Below are positions 1 to 9,986 of a stretch of DNA of 64,000 bases, in pieces; the stretch's first letter is position 1; every line of letters begins with the position of its first letter. Location of the stretch: IMG/VR virus record IMGVR_UViG_3300009031_000368, positions 1 through 64,000 of that record; one strand, 5' to 3'. The translations under genes were made by a program, and so were the position numbers. The notes below the pieces were generated by a model. It did no database searches, had not been told where the DNA came from, and saw only the letters and a list, made by a program, of their open reading frames with translations. This DNA comes from a virus (Duplodnaviria; Caudoviricetes).

Positions 1-38
1 AGTATGAAACATCACATGGTAGTTGGGGTGGCGCCAAT

Positions 39-485
39 ATGTTCAATACCGGTAATCGCGTCGACAATGACCGTAACATGTACACCATTCCGCCAAACGT
101 TGTAACAATCGCCGGAAGAGAAGGTGGCAGTCATCCAGTTTATGCGCATCTCTATACGGCTCCCGAAACATTCACACCATTACTTGGTGCCGGAACGGCC
201 GAAGTGGAATTGACCGATGAAGAGAAGTTGGTACTTGTCAGTATGGCGACATTGACAAGTGCTGGACGCAAGAATGAATATCAGAGATCCGGACTAGCCG
301 GTTACGATGGAAAGCCCAAAAAGGCGCTTAACGATGCCCTTCAAAGCCTCGCAGATAAAGGCTATATCCAAATCATGGGCAATGGTTCAAAGATAACGAC
401 TACAGGTAAAAATATTGCGAAAGAGTTTGAGAACGAGAGTTACAGACTATCCGAGCGGTTATCAAAGAAATACAACCGCTATTAA
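39..485 (+). CDS. hypothetical protein, possible C-terminal winged-helix
   Basis: 148-aa ORF; C-terminal ALQSLADKGYIQ...KITTTGK resembles a wHTH recognition helix plus wing. Confidence 0.55.
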   Translation: MFNTGNRVDNDRNMYTIPPNVVTIAGREGGSHPVYAHLYTAPETFTPLLGAGTAEVELTDEEKLVLVSMATLTSAGRKNEYQRSGLAGYDGKPKKALNDALQSLADKGYIQIMGNGSKITTTGKNIAKEFENESYRLSERLSKKYNRY

Positions 486-760
486 TGCAGCATCATGGCC
501 AGCTTTTCCCGCCTCATCTTGTCGATACAATCCTGGTATTCTGCCAACAACATCGGACTATCGGCCACATCTGTAACTTCTAATTTATGTACGATATCAC
601 GAAGCCGTTTTGCCGTTGGGTTACAACTATTGGCGCTCCACCATTCTTCCAAGTTAATCACCAACGAATCATCAATCAACATAACGTCAAACCTCTGTGA
701 AATACGGTTCAATAAACCGTGCAAGGCGGCCTTCATGATAAAACGTGGTGTCCATTTCAT
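482..760 (-). CDS. hypothetical protein
   Basis: 92-aa ORF convergent with 39..485; 5' part overlaps the next ORF, so the true start may be shorter. Confidence 0.45.
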   Translation of the reverse strand: MKWTPRFIMKAALHGLLNRISQRFDVMLIDDSLVINLEEWWSANSCNPTAKRLRDIVHKLEVTDVADSPMLLAEYQDCIDKMRREKLAMMLH

Positions 761-1574
761 TTACCTGTCGTCCCATATAATGTTTCAAGACTTGAGGAAA
801 AAGATATGATGGAACATACTTGAATTCAAATGTTCCATCAATATACTCTTTAACGAAGAATTTATCAACAACCTTTAGTCTAAATGAAATTACCTTAATG
901 CCGGTAATGTGTTGTCCGATAGCACGATAAATATCTTCCAATATGTCCTTATATGGCCGGTTAATTGTCGTTGTATCGACAATGATTTCATCCGGCGATA
1001 TAAAACATTTTTCGGTAAATTGCGGGAGCGCATTCCATACATAATCGGTCATCCATTGAAACTGAATTCGTCGCTGCTTTACCGGATAAAGCTTTTCATT
1101 CCCAAATATGACCTGCCTGATTTTTTTAGACTCTGCAAAGTACCTATGTGGTGAGTGTAGTCCAGCAAGCTTAGCATAGCTGATGTCTGGAAAAAATCCA
1201 TAGTCCTGTAGTGCCGCAAAATTGGCATTGCGCATATCGATCGAAATAAACCATCGACCATCATGCTGTTGCTGATAAATATTTTGAATCGCTGCCGTGC
1301 AACCAATTGCAACTGTCGGCATCGTGCAGTATTCCAAATACCTTGTATGCTGAATGTATGCCTGGACCATGGCCTGCTTAAAATCGTGCGATTCCTTGAA
1401 CAGATCGCTGACTTCATTCCACATCCTAAGTTTATCGGATACTCCAAACATCGGATCGTATAGTGCTACCAGGTAATCCCAATATGGATCATGAAATAGA
1501 TGAATCGGCAGATTGAAATCGTCAGCAAACCGCTTCCGGGTTTCAATTATACAGGGTGGTATCTGGCTCAACAT
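687..1574 (-). CDS. conserved phage protein with palm-polymerase-like motifs
   Basis: ORF track 687..1601 (TTG); ATG at 1574 preferred. Motifs FISIDMRNANF, SKKIRQVIFG and FISPDEIIV occur in the order of polymerase motifs A/B/C. Confidence 0.6.
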   Translation of the reverse strand: MLSQIPPCIIETRKRFADDFNLPIHLFHDPYWDYLVALYDPMFGVSDKLRMWNEVSDLFKESHDFKQAMVQAYIQHTRYLEYCTMPTVAIGCTAAIQNIYQQQHDGRWFISIDMRNANFAALQDYGFFPDISYAKLAGLHSPHRYFAESKKIRQVIFGNEKLYPVKQRRIQFQWMTDYVWNALPQFTEKCFISPDEIIVDTTTINRPYKDILEDIYRAIGQHITGIKVISFRLKVVDKFFVKEYIDGTFEFKYVPSYLFPQVLKHYMGRQVNEMDTTFYHEGRLARFIEPYFTEV

Positions 1575-1956
1575 TTGGCACAATATCCTTAATGAATTCA
1601 ATCAATACGTCTTCAATGCTTTTCAAGCATCGATTCATTATGACAAATATGTCTGTCTGAGGTTTATTTACATTGTAAGCCGTAATGGCTTCCGCAAGTC
1701 TAATGGCATGATGCTGTTTTGCGATCAGACCAACCGTAGGGGCAACCGTCCCGACAAGTAATTCAGCATCATGCACACTTAGTTCTGCGATAACTGAACC
1801 ATATACATATGTCATAACGGCTGACTTTAATTCAATCCGCGCTTCAGTTGGGAGTAGTTCCAATACATCCAGCACATACCGGTCGACAATCTTGAAGACC
1901 TTGTCGTCTCTATCCTTAAGCTTTGCCTTGATTTCGTCAATATTCATATCATCCAT
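1543..1956 (-). CDS. hypothetical protein
   Basis: ORF track 1543..2091; ATG at 1956 (MDDMNIDE) avoids overlap with the upstream gene. Confidence 0.55.
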   Translation of the reverse strand: MDDMNIDEIKAKLKDRDDKVFKIVDRYVLDVLELLPTEARIELKSAVMTYVYGSVIAELSVHDAELLVGTVAPTVGLIAKQHHAIRLAEAITAYNVNKPQTDIFVIMNRCLKSIEDVLIEFIKDIVPNVEPDTTLYN

Positions 1957-1972
1957 CCCATGTTTTGTTCCA

Positions 1973-2389
1973 TCACTCAGGCTTTGCCGCATATCGCGAC
2001 AACCACCGCGACACATTGCTTTCCATATCAGACAATGAAGCGCCAATTGCTTTATCTCGATCCTTACGCTGTTCGGTTGACCATTCCGCAAAGAGCTGAC
2101 GCTTAATGGCGTTTTTTAGGAACCTTACCCTACGAATCTGTTTATGATAGGCTGATTCAGCAGAAAGAAAATCAGCCCTGGCACGGATCATTCCAGGATG
2201 ACTTTCCAGACACTCACCATTATTCATATTGAGTACCCAGGCGTCAAGCGCCTTCAATTTCTCAACGTAGGTACCATACAATCGCTTTTTAAACGACAGT
2301 GCCCCATAATAACGGTCTCGGTAATCATTTCGATCGATCATCATATCAAAATACTCCTCTTTTGCCTGTATTGGCTGTTCGATTGACAC
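1973..2389 (-). CDS. hypothetical helical/coiled-coil protein
   Basis: 138-aa ORF directly downstream of a sigma70-like promoter. Confidence 0.6.
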   Translation of the reverse strand: MSIEQPIQAKEEYFDMMIDRNDYRDRYYGALSFKKRLYGTYVEKLKALDAWVLNMNNGECLESHPGMIRARADFLSAESAYHKQIRRVRFLKNAIKRQLFAEWSTEQRKDRDKAIGASLSDMESNVSRWLSRYAAKPE

Positions 2390-2401
2390 AATATCGACGT
2401 T

Positions 2402-2429
2402 ATGATATCATGGAACAGAAAAACGTCAA
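2402..2429 (-). promoter_or_regulatory. sigma70-type promoter
   Basis: TTGACG-16 bp-TATCAT on the minus strand. Confidence 0.55.
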
Positions 2430-2456
2430 TCAACAATTTTAAAAGGTAAAAGCAAT

Positions 2457-3662
2457 ATGGAATTCAATATTGACAAATCGGTACTTGTGAAAGTGCTCGG
2501 ACAGCTGTCACAATCCGTGTCTAAAAAGGCAACCGATATGCCCATCCTGGAGCATGTCATATTTAAAGCAGCACCTGATGGCAGTTTAGAATTAATGGCA
2601 ACCGACTTGGCTCAAGCCATGGTGGTAAAAAACATTACAGCTGAGGTTGTTTCGTCCGGTTCTTTTGGAATTAAGACAGACCGGCTGTCCGAAATAGTGG
2701 GACTTCTTAACGATAAAGACAATGTTTCATTTAAGACAACTGATTCAAATGTAGAAATCACAAGCGGAAAAGCATATTTTGAACTCCCGCTTATGGCGTC
2801 AGACACCTTTCCAGATATTAACCTTATGTTCGATTTTAAACCAATCGTCAACTTTACAACAAGTGTTCAAAACTTAAAAGGACTTGTAAACAGCACGTCT
2901 CATTGCGTAGCTGCCGAAGACTCAAAAGGTGTTTTTACCGGCATCCTGTTTGATTTTATAACCAATGATGACGGTAATCAATTTGTTCGGTTTGTAAGTA
3001 GTGACGGATTTGGTAGAATATCTATTGCACAAATCAGTTCAACCTTTGACATGTCCGGCGAAATTGCATCAGACATCGTTTCACCGGTAAAGCCGTTAAA
3101 AAAGCTTGGTTCTATATTTGGTAGCAATCAACAAATCGATGTATCGGTTGGAAACAACACCATCGCATTCAAGGCCGATAATGTTTGGTTTGCGACACGG
3201 CTTCTTGACGGAGAATACCCTGATTACACACAAATGATTCAAGACGATTGGAAATTCAAATTCATCGTAAATCGTAATGATTTCCTAGTTACGATGAAAC
3301 GATTAAACACTGTGTCCACTGAAGTAAAAATAGTATTCGACAGTAACAATACAAATCAAGTCAGGTGCGAAACATACAACCTGACTGACGCTAAATTTGG
3401 ATTCGCAAAAGAAGAGCTAGTATGTCGTGTGGAAGGAGATATCCCGGAAAGCAATGTCCCAGGTTACATGGCCGGGCAATATCCTATCGGTATAGTGGCT
3501 AGGCAATTTGTCCAAGCGCTTGATGCAATCAGTTGCGAAACGGTTGAAGTTGAACTGCTCCATAATCTTACTATGATTACCATAAGAGAGCTTGATAGCT
3601 ATAATGTGATCACAATAATCGCGCCATGTAGACTTACCAATGAACATGGGAAGAACCTATAA
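2457..3662 (+). CDS. dnaN: DNA polymerase III beta subunit (sliding clamp)
   Basis: 401 aa; MEFNIDKSVL..., PILEHVIF, LELMATDL, FVSSDGFGR, TRLLDGEYPDY and IIAPCR match the beta-clamp family pattern. Confidence 0.93.
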   Translation: MEFNIDKSVLVKVLGQLSQSVSKKATDMPILEHVIFKAAPDGSLELMATDLAQAMVVKNITAEVVSSGSFGIKTDRLSEIVGLLNDKDNVSFKTTDSNVEITSGKAYFELPLMASDTFPDINLMFDFKPIVNFTTSVQNLKGLVNSTSHCVAAEDSKGVFTGILFDFITNDDGNQFVRFVSSDGFGRISIAQISSTFDMSGEIASDIVSPVKPLKKLGSIFGSNQQIDVSVGNNTIAFKADNVWFATRLLDGEYPDYTQMIQDDWKFKFIVNRNDFLVTMKRLNTVSTEVKIVFDSNNTNQVRCETYNLTDAKFGFAKEELVCRVEGDIPESNVPGYMAGQYPIGIVARQFVQALDAISCETVEVELLHNLTMITIRELDSYNVITIIAPCRLTNEHGKNL

Positions 3663-3666
3663 CGAA

Positions 3667-3698
3667 AAAAGGCATAGGTTTTAACGCCCATGCCTTTT
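3667..3698. terminator. probable bidirectional intrinsic terminator
   Basis: AAAAGGCAT...ATGCCTTTT hairpin with A/T tails on both sides, between convergent genes. Confidence 0.75.
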
Positions 3699-3722
3699 CT
3701 GTTTTTAATATATCGATTCTGT

Positions 3723-4859
3723 TCAGTCGTTCACAAGCCCAAGTTCACGATCTAGCATCTCCGACAGATTACCTTCTCGCTCATTGCTGGTTACTCGTAA
3801 CATCTGATGTCGTCCAAGCTTCCTATTGCCACGCATCTTCAGAATTCTGTCTCGTTTTGCCATATGGCGCTTTGTGGATGCACGCCTTAGATACTTGGCC
3901 CTAACCTGCTTGGCATGAGCGGTATGGGAACGTCGTCGAGCCTTACTCCTCAACGCGCCACTCATTCGCTTGGTGCGAACAATCCTTGCGCCTTCTTCCA
4001 TCCCCTCAACATCATCACGCATTTCAGCAAGATTGCCTTCGTACTCATTACCGGCCGCTAGCCTAACCTGTCGCCTTGCCCCAACATCCCCAATACGAGC
4101 TTTCAATGCATGTTGCTTGTTAATATGACGCTTAGTAGAAGCTCGAGCCATATACTTCCGACGTGTTGCCTTTGCGGCACCAGTTCTAGCACGCATACGC
4201 GCCTTGCGTCGATCAGCATTACTCATTCTCTTGGTGTGGATAATGGTTGCACCTTCGTCCAGGTCTTCAAACTCATTATCAAAATCTTCAAGCTCTAACG
4301 ATTCAGCCTGCGCTGCTTTACCGGCCGCCCATGCTTGCGCGGCACGCAGATTTCGCTTACCTGCCTTTAGAGCACCGCCCAGTTTGCGAAACGCGCTACC
4401 CATTGTCGCAGCATCACCGGCTTGCTTTGCCTTTTCACCAGCGCCCCATGCAGCAGCCGCATCAGCATTAGTTGCGCCTCGAGCCTTACCGAAACCCTTC
4501 AATGCACGCGAACCACGCTCAACGTCTGGCTTTTGGAATCTACCCTTTCCGCCACGAGTCGATCCAGCCCTTGCATCCTGTTGTAGCGACTGGGTACGAG
4601 CCGACTTTCGCCTTGCCTGATAACCGGCATTCCACTTCTTCCACTTATCTGTTTTTCGGTAATTGCGCATGTATGGTGCCATGTATGCGCGACGATCGAA
4701 TGCCTCTTCAAGATCGTCTCCATCTTCATCATCCAACAGATACTGAGCATACTCAAGCATCTCCGTCAGAGACTCAAATTCATCACCATCCTCATCCGAT
4801 TCGTCAAACTCGTCACCAAAATCCAGATCTTCATCTTCAAACATATCAACATCTCTCAT
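3723..4859 (-). CDS. acidic/Arg-rich repeat protein, putative prohead core or DNA-condensing protein
   Basis: ATG at 4859 with GGAG RBS; D/E-rich N-terminus followed by R/K-rich blocks; two ~87-aa tandem repeats; many [LIV]xE sites. Confidence 0.6.
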   Translation of the reverse strand: MRDVDMFEDEDLDFGDEFDESDEDGDEFESLTEMLEYAQYLLDDEDGDDLEEAFDRRAYMAPYMRNYRKTDKWKKWNAGYQARRKSARTQSLQQDARAGSTRGGKGRFQKPDVERGSRALKGFGKARGATNADAAAAWGAGEKAKQAGDAATMGSAFRKLGGALKAGKRNLRAAQAWAAGKAAQAESLELEDFDNEFEDLDEGATIIHTKRMSNADRRKARMRARTGAAKATRRKYMARASTKRHINKQHALKARIGDVGARRQVRLAAGNEYEGNLAEMRDDVEGMEEGARIVRTKRMSGALRSKARRRSHTAHAKQVRAKYLRRASTKRHMAKRDRILKMRGNRKLGRHQMLRVTSNEREGNLSEMLDRELGLVND

Positions 4860-4953
4860 AGATTGATTCTCCAAATGTTGTTGTAAAACTACAACAACAA
4901 ATAGATGTGTGTAAACATCGCATGTCAATAGGCTGATATGATTTTATTGAAAA

Positions 4954-5334
4954 TTATTCCAGCTCGCCGCAAAGCTGAATGATGACGGTGGCTGTTTGGC
5001 CGGAACTATTGGAAACATCCAGTTCTGTGATGCCATCGGTGGTAAGCAGCATGTAACCGAAATCAAGGTCGTCTGGAACCGAAACAGTGACACTTTCAGT
5101 CCCATTGATACGTAACGTTATTTCTTTATCGGTTCGTAGCACCATGTAATTGACTTCCGAAAGTCCAGACATGTCGACCGTTTGATTTTCCGTATCATCG
5201 GCAATTCTGTACGTCCTGGTACTTCCTTCCAGGATTGCATCTGTCGTTTCGTATCCCCATTCCGCATTACCAAGATCTTTATCCCCGGCGCTTGTTGAAG
5301 AGATATAGCTTTCTAGCTTAAACTTAATACGCAT
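4954..5334 (-). CDS. hypothetical beta-rich virion-type protein
   Basis: 126 aa, acidic, beta-strand pattern, co-oriented with neighbours. Confidence 0.5.
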   Translation of the reverse strand: MRIKFKLESYISSTSAGDKDLGNAEWGYETTDAILEGSTRTYRIADDTENQTVDMSGLSEVNYMVLRTDKEITLRINGTESVTVSVPDDLDFGYMLLTTDGITELDVSNSSGQTATVIIQLCGELE

Positions 5335-5337
5335 CGC

Positions 5338-5508
5338 TTAATCCAATAGAAGATGTGGAACCGTAGATTCAATCAATGGTGCGGATTCAGATTCCTCGAC
5401 CTTATCTAAATTCAAGCTATAATCCGCCCCTCCACACTTCGGGCAAACTATCTTAACTGGGAACTTATGGTAATACGGTTGTTCACAATCCGAGCACATT
5501 ACTTTCAT
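5338..5508 (-). CDS. small zinc-ribbon protein
   Basis: hand-translated 56 aa, MKVMCSDCEQ...VCPKCGG...; fills the gap between 5334 and 5514; not in the ORF track. Confidence 0.6.
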   Translation of the reverse strand: MKVMCSDCEQPYYHKFPVKIVCPKCGGADYSLNLDKVEESESAPLIESTVPHLLLD

Positions 5509-5513
5509 CTGTC

Positions 5514-5906
5514 TTATACTCCAAAACGTCTTTTAAATTCTTTTGCGTCACTGTTATGCACTGCAATTGGAATTCTATCTAATCCAATGTCGCGCAGCAC
5601 AGAGAATCTATGCCGGCCGTTACCAAATGTCACATTACCCTTCCAATCAAATCCAACCCTGGAAGCTTCTATCGGTTGATGTGTTTGTAAGAATTCCTTG
5701 AATCTATTATATCTGTTGCCTATGGTGTTCAATGTTCCACCAGGACCGATATAATAGTCTTTGTCTGTACTCCAACTGTCGTTTAGTTTCTCAACCGACA
5801 CTGTAACCAACACGTAGTCTTTCAGCCCAGATTCCTTTACAAATCTAATCCCGTCCAACAGACTCTGTTCAAGTAATGTAACTAACTGCTTTGTATTAAT
5901 CCTCAT
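5514..5906 (-). CDS. ParB/Sulfiredoxin-like N-terminal domain protein
   Basis: VTFGNGRHRFSVLRDIG resembles the ParB/Srx GxHR motif, followed by RIPIAV. Confidence 0.6.
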   Translation of the reverse strand: MRINTKQLVTLLEQSLLDGIRFVKESGLKDYVLVTVSVEKLNDSWSTDKDYYIGPGGTLNTIGNRYNRFKEFLQTHQPIEASRVGFDWKGNVTFGNGRHRFSVLRDIGLDRIPIAVHNSDAKEFKRRFGV

Positions 5907-6340
5907 CGTACAGATAACACCGCATGACCACCTGGTAATGACGGCCGAACCAATCCTGTCCGTCTCAATTCTTGTGGAATGTCTGAATGATAAATGTCAA
6001 CAGTCGAGTATGTTCCGTTGCCGGTAATGTTCCGTCCTGACGATACGTTGAATCCTTCAACCGACAACATCCAAACCAACAGCACGGCAACCGCGTGCGC
6101 CTCTTCAGCTGTATTCATTCGTTTTGTGTCAAGCTGAAGCATTAACGCCGGCTGCTTTTGTCCTTCCACCACGAAAAACCATGTCATGTATGGAACGAGA
6201 AATCTTAACCGCTCAATGGTGCGTTTGACGACATCTACGACTCGTTTTTCTTGCCGGTTTAATTCTGGACGATTGGATCCACCAAATAGGTCTTCTGATT
6301 CATTGACACATGATTTCAATTGCCACAATAGTTCATCCAT
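5903..6340 (-). CDS. hypothetical protein with putative leader (…VNE|SED)
   Basis: ATG at 6340 preferred over TTG at 6370; 4-bp ATGA-type overlap with the next gene. Confidence 0.55.
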   Translation of the reverse strand: MDELLWQLKSCVNESEDLFGGSNRPELNRQEKRVVDVVKRTIERLRFLVPYMTWFFVVEGQKQPALMLQLDTKRMNTAEEAHAVAVLLVWMLSVEGFNVSSGRNITGNGTYSTVDIYHSDIPQELRRTGLVRPSLPGGHAVLSVR

Positions 6341-6420
6341 CAATACTCCAATGTGCTGCCCGACATGCAATCAGTTGCACCGATATAGTTATTGATTGAA
6401 TGATATGGAATAGAATTGAT

Positions 6421-6696
6421 TCAGGAATTGCTGGCAGATGATTTGATCAGATTGGAGTATTGTATGCCATCTGGCGTAAGGCGGTATAGGGTCGTTCCAT
6501 CAACGTCTACCTGTTCCAGGTATCCGCGCCTTACTTCTAGCTTGATAGATTCACGGATAATCTGCTGTCTCTGGCGTTCTGAATAGAACCGACACTGTTC
6601 GATAAACTCTGAAAACCTCACAATCTGTTCAAATAATGCTGACTGGCCATCTGGGAAGAAAATGTAAAAGATACGAAAGAGAACCGTTTCATCCAT
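6421..6696 (-). CDS. winged-helix-like protein
   Basis: RRGYLEQV...LYRLTPDG resembles a PadR/MarR-type wing. Confidence 0.5.
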   Translation of the reverse strand: MDETVLFRIFYIFFPDGQSALFEQIVRFSEFIEQCRFYSERQRQQIIRESIKLEVRRGYLEQVDVDGTTLYRLTPDGIQYSNLIKSSASNS

Positions 6697-6699
6697 AAG

Positions 6700-7263
6700 C
6701 TACTTGTCGCTCCTATGTGTTCGGATCTCGGCAATCTGCTTGCTGATTCTAATGCTCTCCCGTTCTAACTCCTCAATATGCGCGTCCGATACAGATTCAA
6801 GGTATCTCTCATACTCGCGCCATTTTTCTCGGTTCGCTTCTACCAATCGCCTCTTTGCCCGGTATTCCTTCATCTCCGCTTCGTATTGCGTATTGGCAAC
6901 GTTCCATGCATCGATAAGCTCCACACCTCTATCGAAGTCCGGATTGTCCTCCGTGATACTTAAAAAAATCTGATAAGAATCCTGTTCGACCGTAACGCAA
7001 TCAAAGGCAGCAATCAGCTCATCGGTAATAAAACATGACAGTCGATTATACGCTTGCTCAAAATCCTTACGCGGCGGTGTCGCCAGAATCCCCTTTAATG
7101 CACGAAGATGATTGCCAAGTGAATCGCCATCACACCGTGATTCAGTCGATTGAGTAAACATCAAAGATGGAGTCGACGGCCTTACGCCAGGATGTATCGG
7201 CATATCAGGATATTCAAGCCGAACGGCAGGCTTTTCAACACGCTTAATCATCTTTCGCTCCAA
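6700..7263 (-). CDS. hypothetical protein, C-terminal coiled coil
   Basis: 187-aa ORF. Confidence 0.55.
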   Translation of the reverse strand: MERKMIKRVEKPAVRLEYPDMPIHPGVRPSTPSLMFTQSTESRCDGDSLGNHLRALKGILATPPRKDFEQAYNRLSCFITDELIAAFDCVTVEQDSYQIFLSITEDNPDFDRGVELIDAWNVANTQYEAEMKEYRAKRRLVEANREKWREYERYLESVSDAHIEELERESIRISKQIAEIRTHRSDK

Positions 7264-8314
7264 TAATTTCTGATGTCGGAAATTCAGATTTTAGTTCTCT
7301 CACAAGATCATCCAGCTGAGTGTGCCCGTAGTTATCCACATTCACAGGAAACAAGACCTTATATGACGGTATTCCATTCACAAAGCTCTACATACCAGCC
7401 AGACCGCCAGACGGTTCATCCCATCGGATATTAAGTGATGATTGTGCCATTGTGAATCAATCCTTCTTTACGCGCCCTTGCTGCGATCGTTCGGATCCCA
7501 CGGGCCGATTTTATTCATCAGGTGGGTCTGAAATTCGGGATGCCTGTGCTTTACAAGGCTACCGATTTCGGCCAATGTACGAAAAGCATCGGCGACATTT
7601 TTACCGTTACGCTCTGCCTGCCACAAAGCAACCATGAAAGATTCCTCAAGATTCACATCCAGCACCTGTTCGGTTTCGTCATCAAGTGCTACGACAATCT
7701 TAATACCGGTAATCTTCGTATTCATGTAGGACATCCTTGTAGAATAGATTGGCTACCGACCGAACACGTTAATCCTTCTTCCACCGGAGAACCGTATAGC
7801 CGGAATTATTACGATGCACGCTGACGACTTTCGCCAATCCATCGGCTTCATACCGGTACGCTTGAGCAAACTGTTCGGACTCCAATGCCGGAAACGGAAC
7901 ATCCAGACCATTTATTCTTGCCGCTTCCATGTCGATCGGTGCCGTTTCTGGTACCTCACCCCAAGTTCCGCCCAGACAAACCATACAATGGTCATATGCC
8001 CATGGCATCTTATGGGCTTCGCCAGGACACGGTATCATGCGACCAGTAAGCGTACGGTGAGCTTCAGGATAAAGATCAGGCTTAATCTTTTTGCGCGCCA
8101 TAGTTGTTACTCCTCACTGGAAAGATTGTTGTGTTCGCGAATGACGGCCTTGGACAGATTACGCGCATGCTTGTTACCGACAATCCGATGCTTACGGCGA
8201 TTGTTAGTTGTTCGCTCGCGGATAGCCCGATTCGCTTCATCGGACTCACAACGGACAACCCCATAAGGCTTCATAATGGTCTCCTTAACAAGTCTCGATC
8301 CTCAACTGAATAAC

Positions 8315-8343
8315 AGTATAGCATGCCGGAGAGGCATTGTCAA
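8315..8343 (-). promoter_or_regulatory. sigma70-type early promoter
   Basis: TTGACA-17 bp-TATACT. Confidence 0.85.
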
Positions 8344-9061
8344 GATAAATTTAAGGGATCTATTTCAAACAGATGACATAGAAGATTGGTTTGTCTCCAT
8401 CTTTGACAACTGCCACGACAACTGATATCCAAGGGCAAACTGCATACGCTCAGTCTTGGTATAGAAGTGAAATAGATTCCCCGCGATATCAACACTCATC
8501 TCGACAGGAAGATTGTCGCAAAACAAATAATCAACAATCTCTTGTTGTGTGAAATCTGAAATAGATACCACAATAACTGGTTCTACCTGCAAACACTCAA
8601 TTTTCATCTATGCCTCCTGTTACCATCCGTAATATTCAGAGTCAACCAGAATAGCAAATACAGCGCCAACCACATCATTGTTTTGCCAATAATCGTGGAT
8701 ATTCCTATTGTGAAGGCTATCCAGGCACAGTGACTTTCCTTTTGCCGAATCACCAGCACACTTGAGCACAAGCGATTTAAAATCCTCGATGCACGTCGCT
8801 GGCTCAACCGTAACAACGACGATGACGATGGTTGCTCCTGCCGGAATAGTAGACCGCGTGTGACGACTCAGCCCGTAAGCGATATGCTGTTCTGCCTGAA
8901 AATATGCGTCACCGTAACGGTCGTTGTCATCCCAAACCATATCAGACGACGCGCCGAGTCTATGGGCAATCTCTTTTCCATGTTGATCAACAACGGCCAG
9001 CCGATACTTCATTTCGATATCCTCATGTTCATTCAGTAGTCAGCAATCATCAACTGAATAC

Positions 9062-9090
9062 AATATACATCGCGCAGGCAGAAAAGTCAA
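9062..9090 (-). promoter_or_regulatory. sigma70-type early promoter
   Basis: TTGACT-17 bp-TATATT. Confidence 0.8.
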
Positions 9091-9851
9091 GATAAATTTC
9101 TAGCAAGAAGATTTTTAATCCATACCTGCTGGCTGGAAAATTCATCTGCTATCGCAGTCGATCTGGCCAGCTCCCAAGCCTCCTTCACAACATCGGGCAA
9201 ACATGATTTCTTATTGAATCCAGTTTCAGCCATCGCGGCCAACTTTCCCGAAGCACAACACATCAAATAGCTCGTATCTTTGGCGGCAATAAAACTATCC
9301 TCATGAAGCGCACAGAGTATCAACTGTTGCGCCGCATTTGATGGATTCAATCCCCATTTTGCCTGATTCCGAATACTGACATCCAACCGTTTACCATGCG
9401 CGGCCTGTTGGATTCTAAGCACAGCGATTCTGTAGACATCCTCCATATAAGGAGGCACATCTGCGCAATCAATTGCACGTTGCGCCAACCACCCAACGAA
9501 CTTTCGCCGTTGAATTTCGGTAAGCTGAGCAACAAGTTCACCACACTCTTGCCGCAACTTGTTAAGGTATGTGTGTACCGGTTTCATAATTAATCCATCC
9601 ATTGCATGCATATTTATTTTTATGAGACCGTGCCAGATTGGCGCAAAATTCACATTCGATGTCGTCATCATACGCGGGATACGCGGTTACCGATTCGCCA
9701 TCTACATCAGGCATTTCACCAGCATGCTTGTTGCAAACGGCAGCGTCCATCGATTCGCCATTCCCCTGATCCCTAAGCGTATAAATCGAAACGGCGCGCA
9801 TATTGGCTCCACTGTTATAAGCGATTTAAGCTTCAATAATCAATTGAAGAC

Positions 9852-9952
9852 AATATAGCACGCATGTGTAACGATGTCAAGAGAATATTTTAAAAATATG
9901 ATGTGGCCTTTCACTGAAAAAATCTTGACATTTCCTATAATGCGACTATATT
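9852..9952. promoter_or_regulatory. divergent pair of early promoters
   Basis: minus TTGACA(9880-9875)-17-TATATT; plus TTGACA(9925)-16-TATATT; A/T-rich spacer between them. Confidence 0.8.
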
Positions 9953-9986
9953 ATATCTACAATTATGGCTTGCAATGCTCTAATAT

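Larger units (their letters stand above)
7468..9671 (-). other. cluster of short early hypothetical genes (7468-7734, 7769-8101, 8365-8607, 8620-9012, 9087-9671)
   Basis: co-oriented ORFs with GAGG/AGGAG RBS, punctuated by promoters at 8315-8343, 9062-9090 and 9852-9880. Confidence 0.6.

Noticed and set aside
4110-4861. Several plus-strand ORFs over the basic repeat protein
   Set aside because: Antisense shadows of the biased-composition gene 3723-4859.
9087-9671. Imm5-like immunity protein call
   Set aside because: Only a vague helical pattern resemblance; left as hypothetical pending an HMM search.
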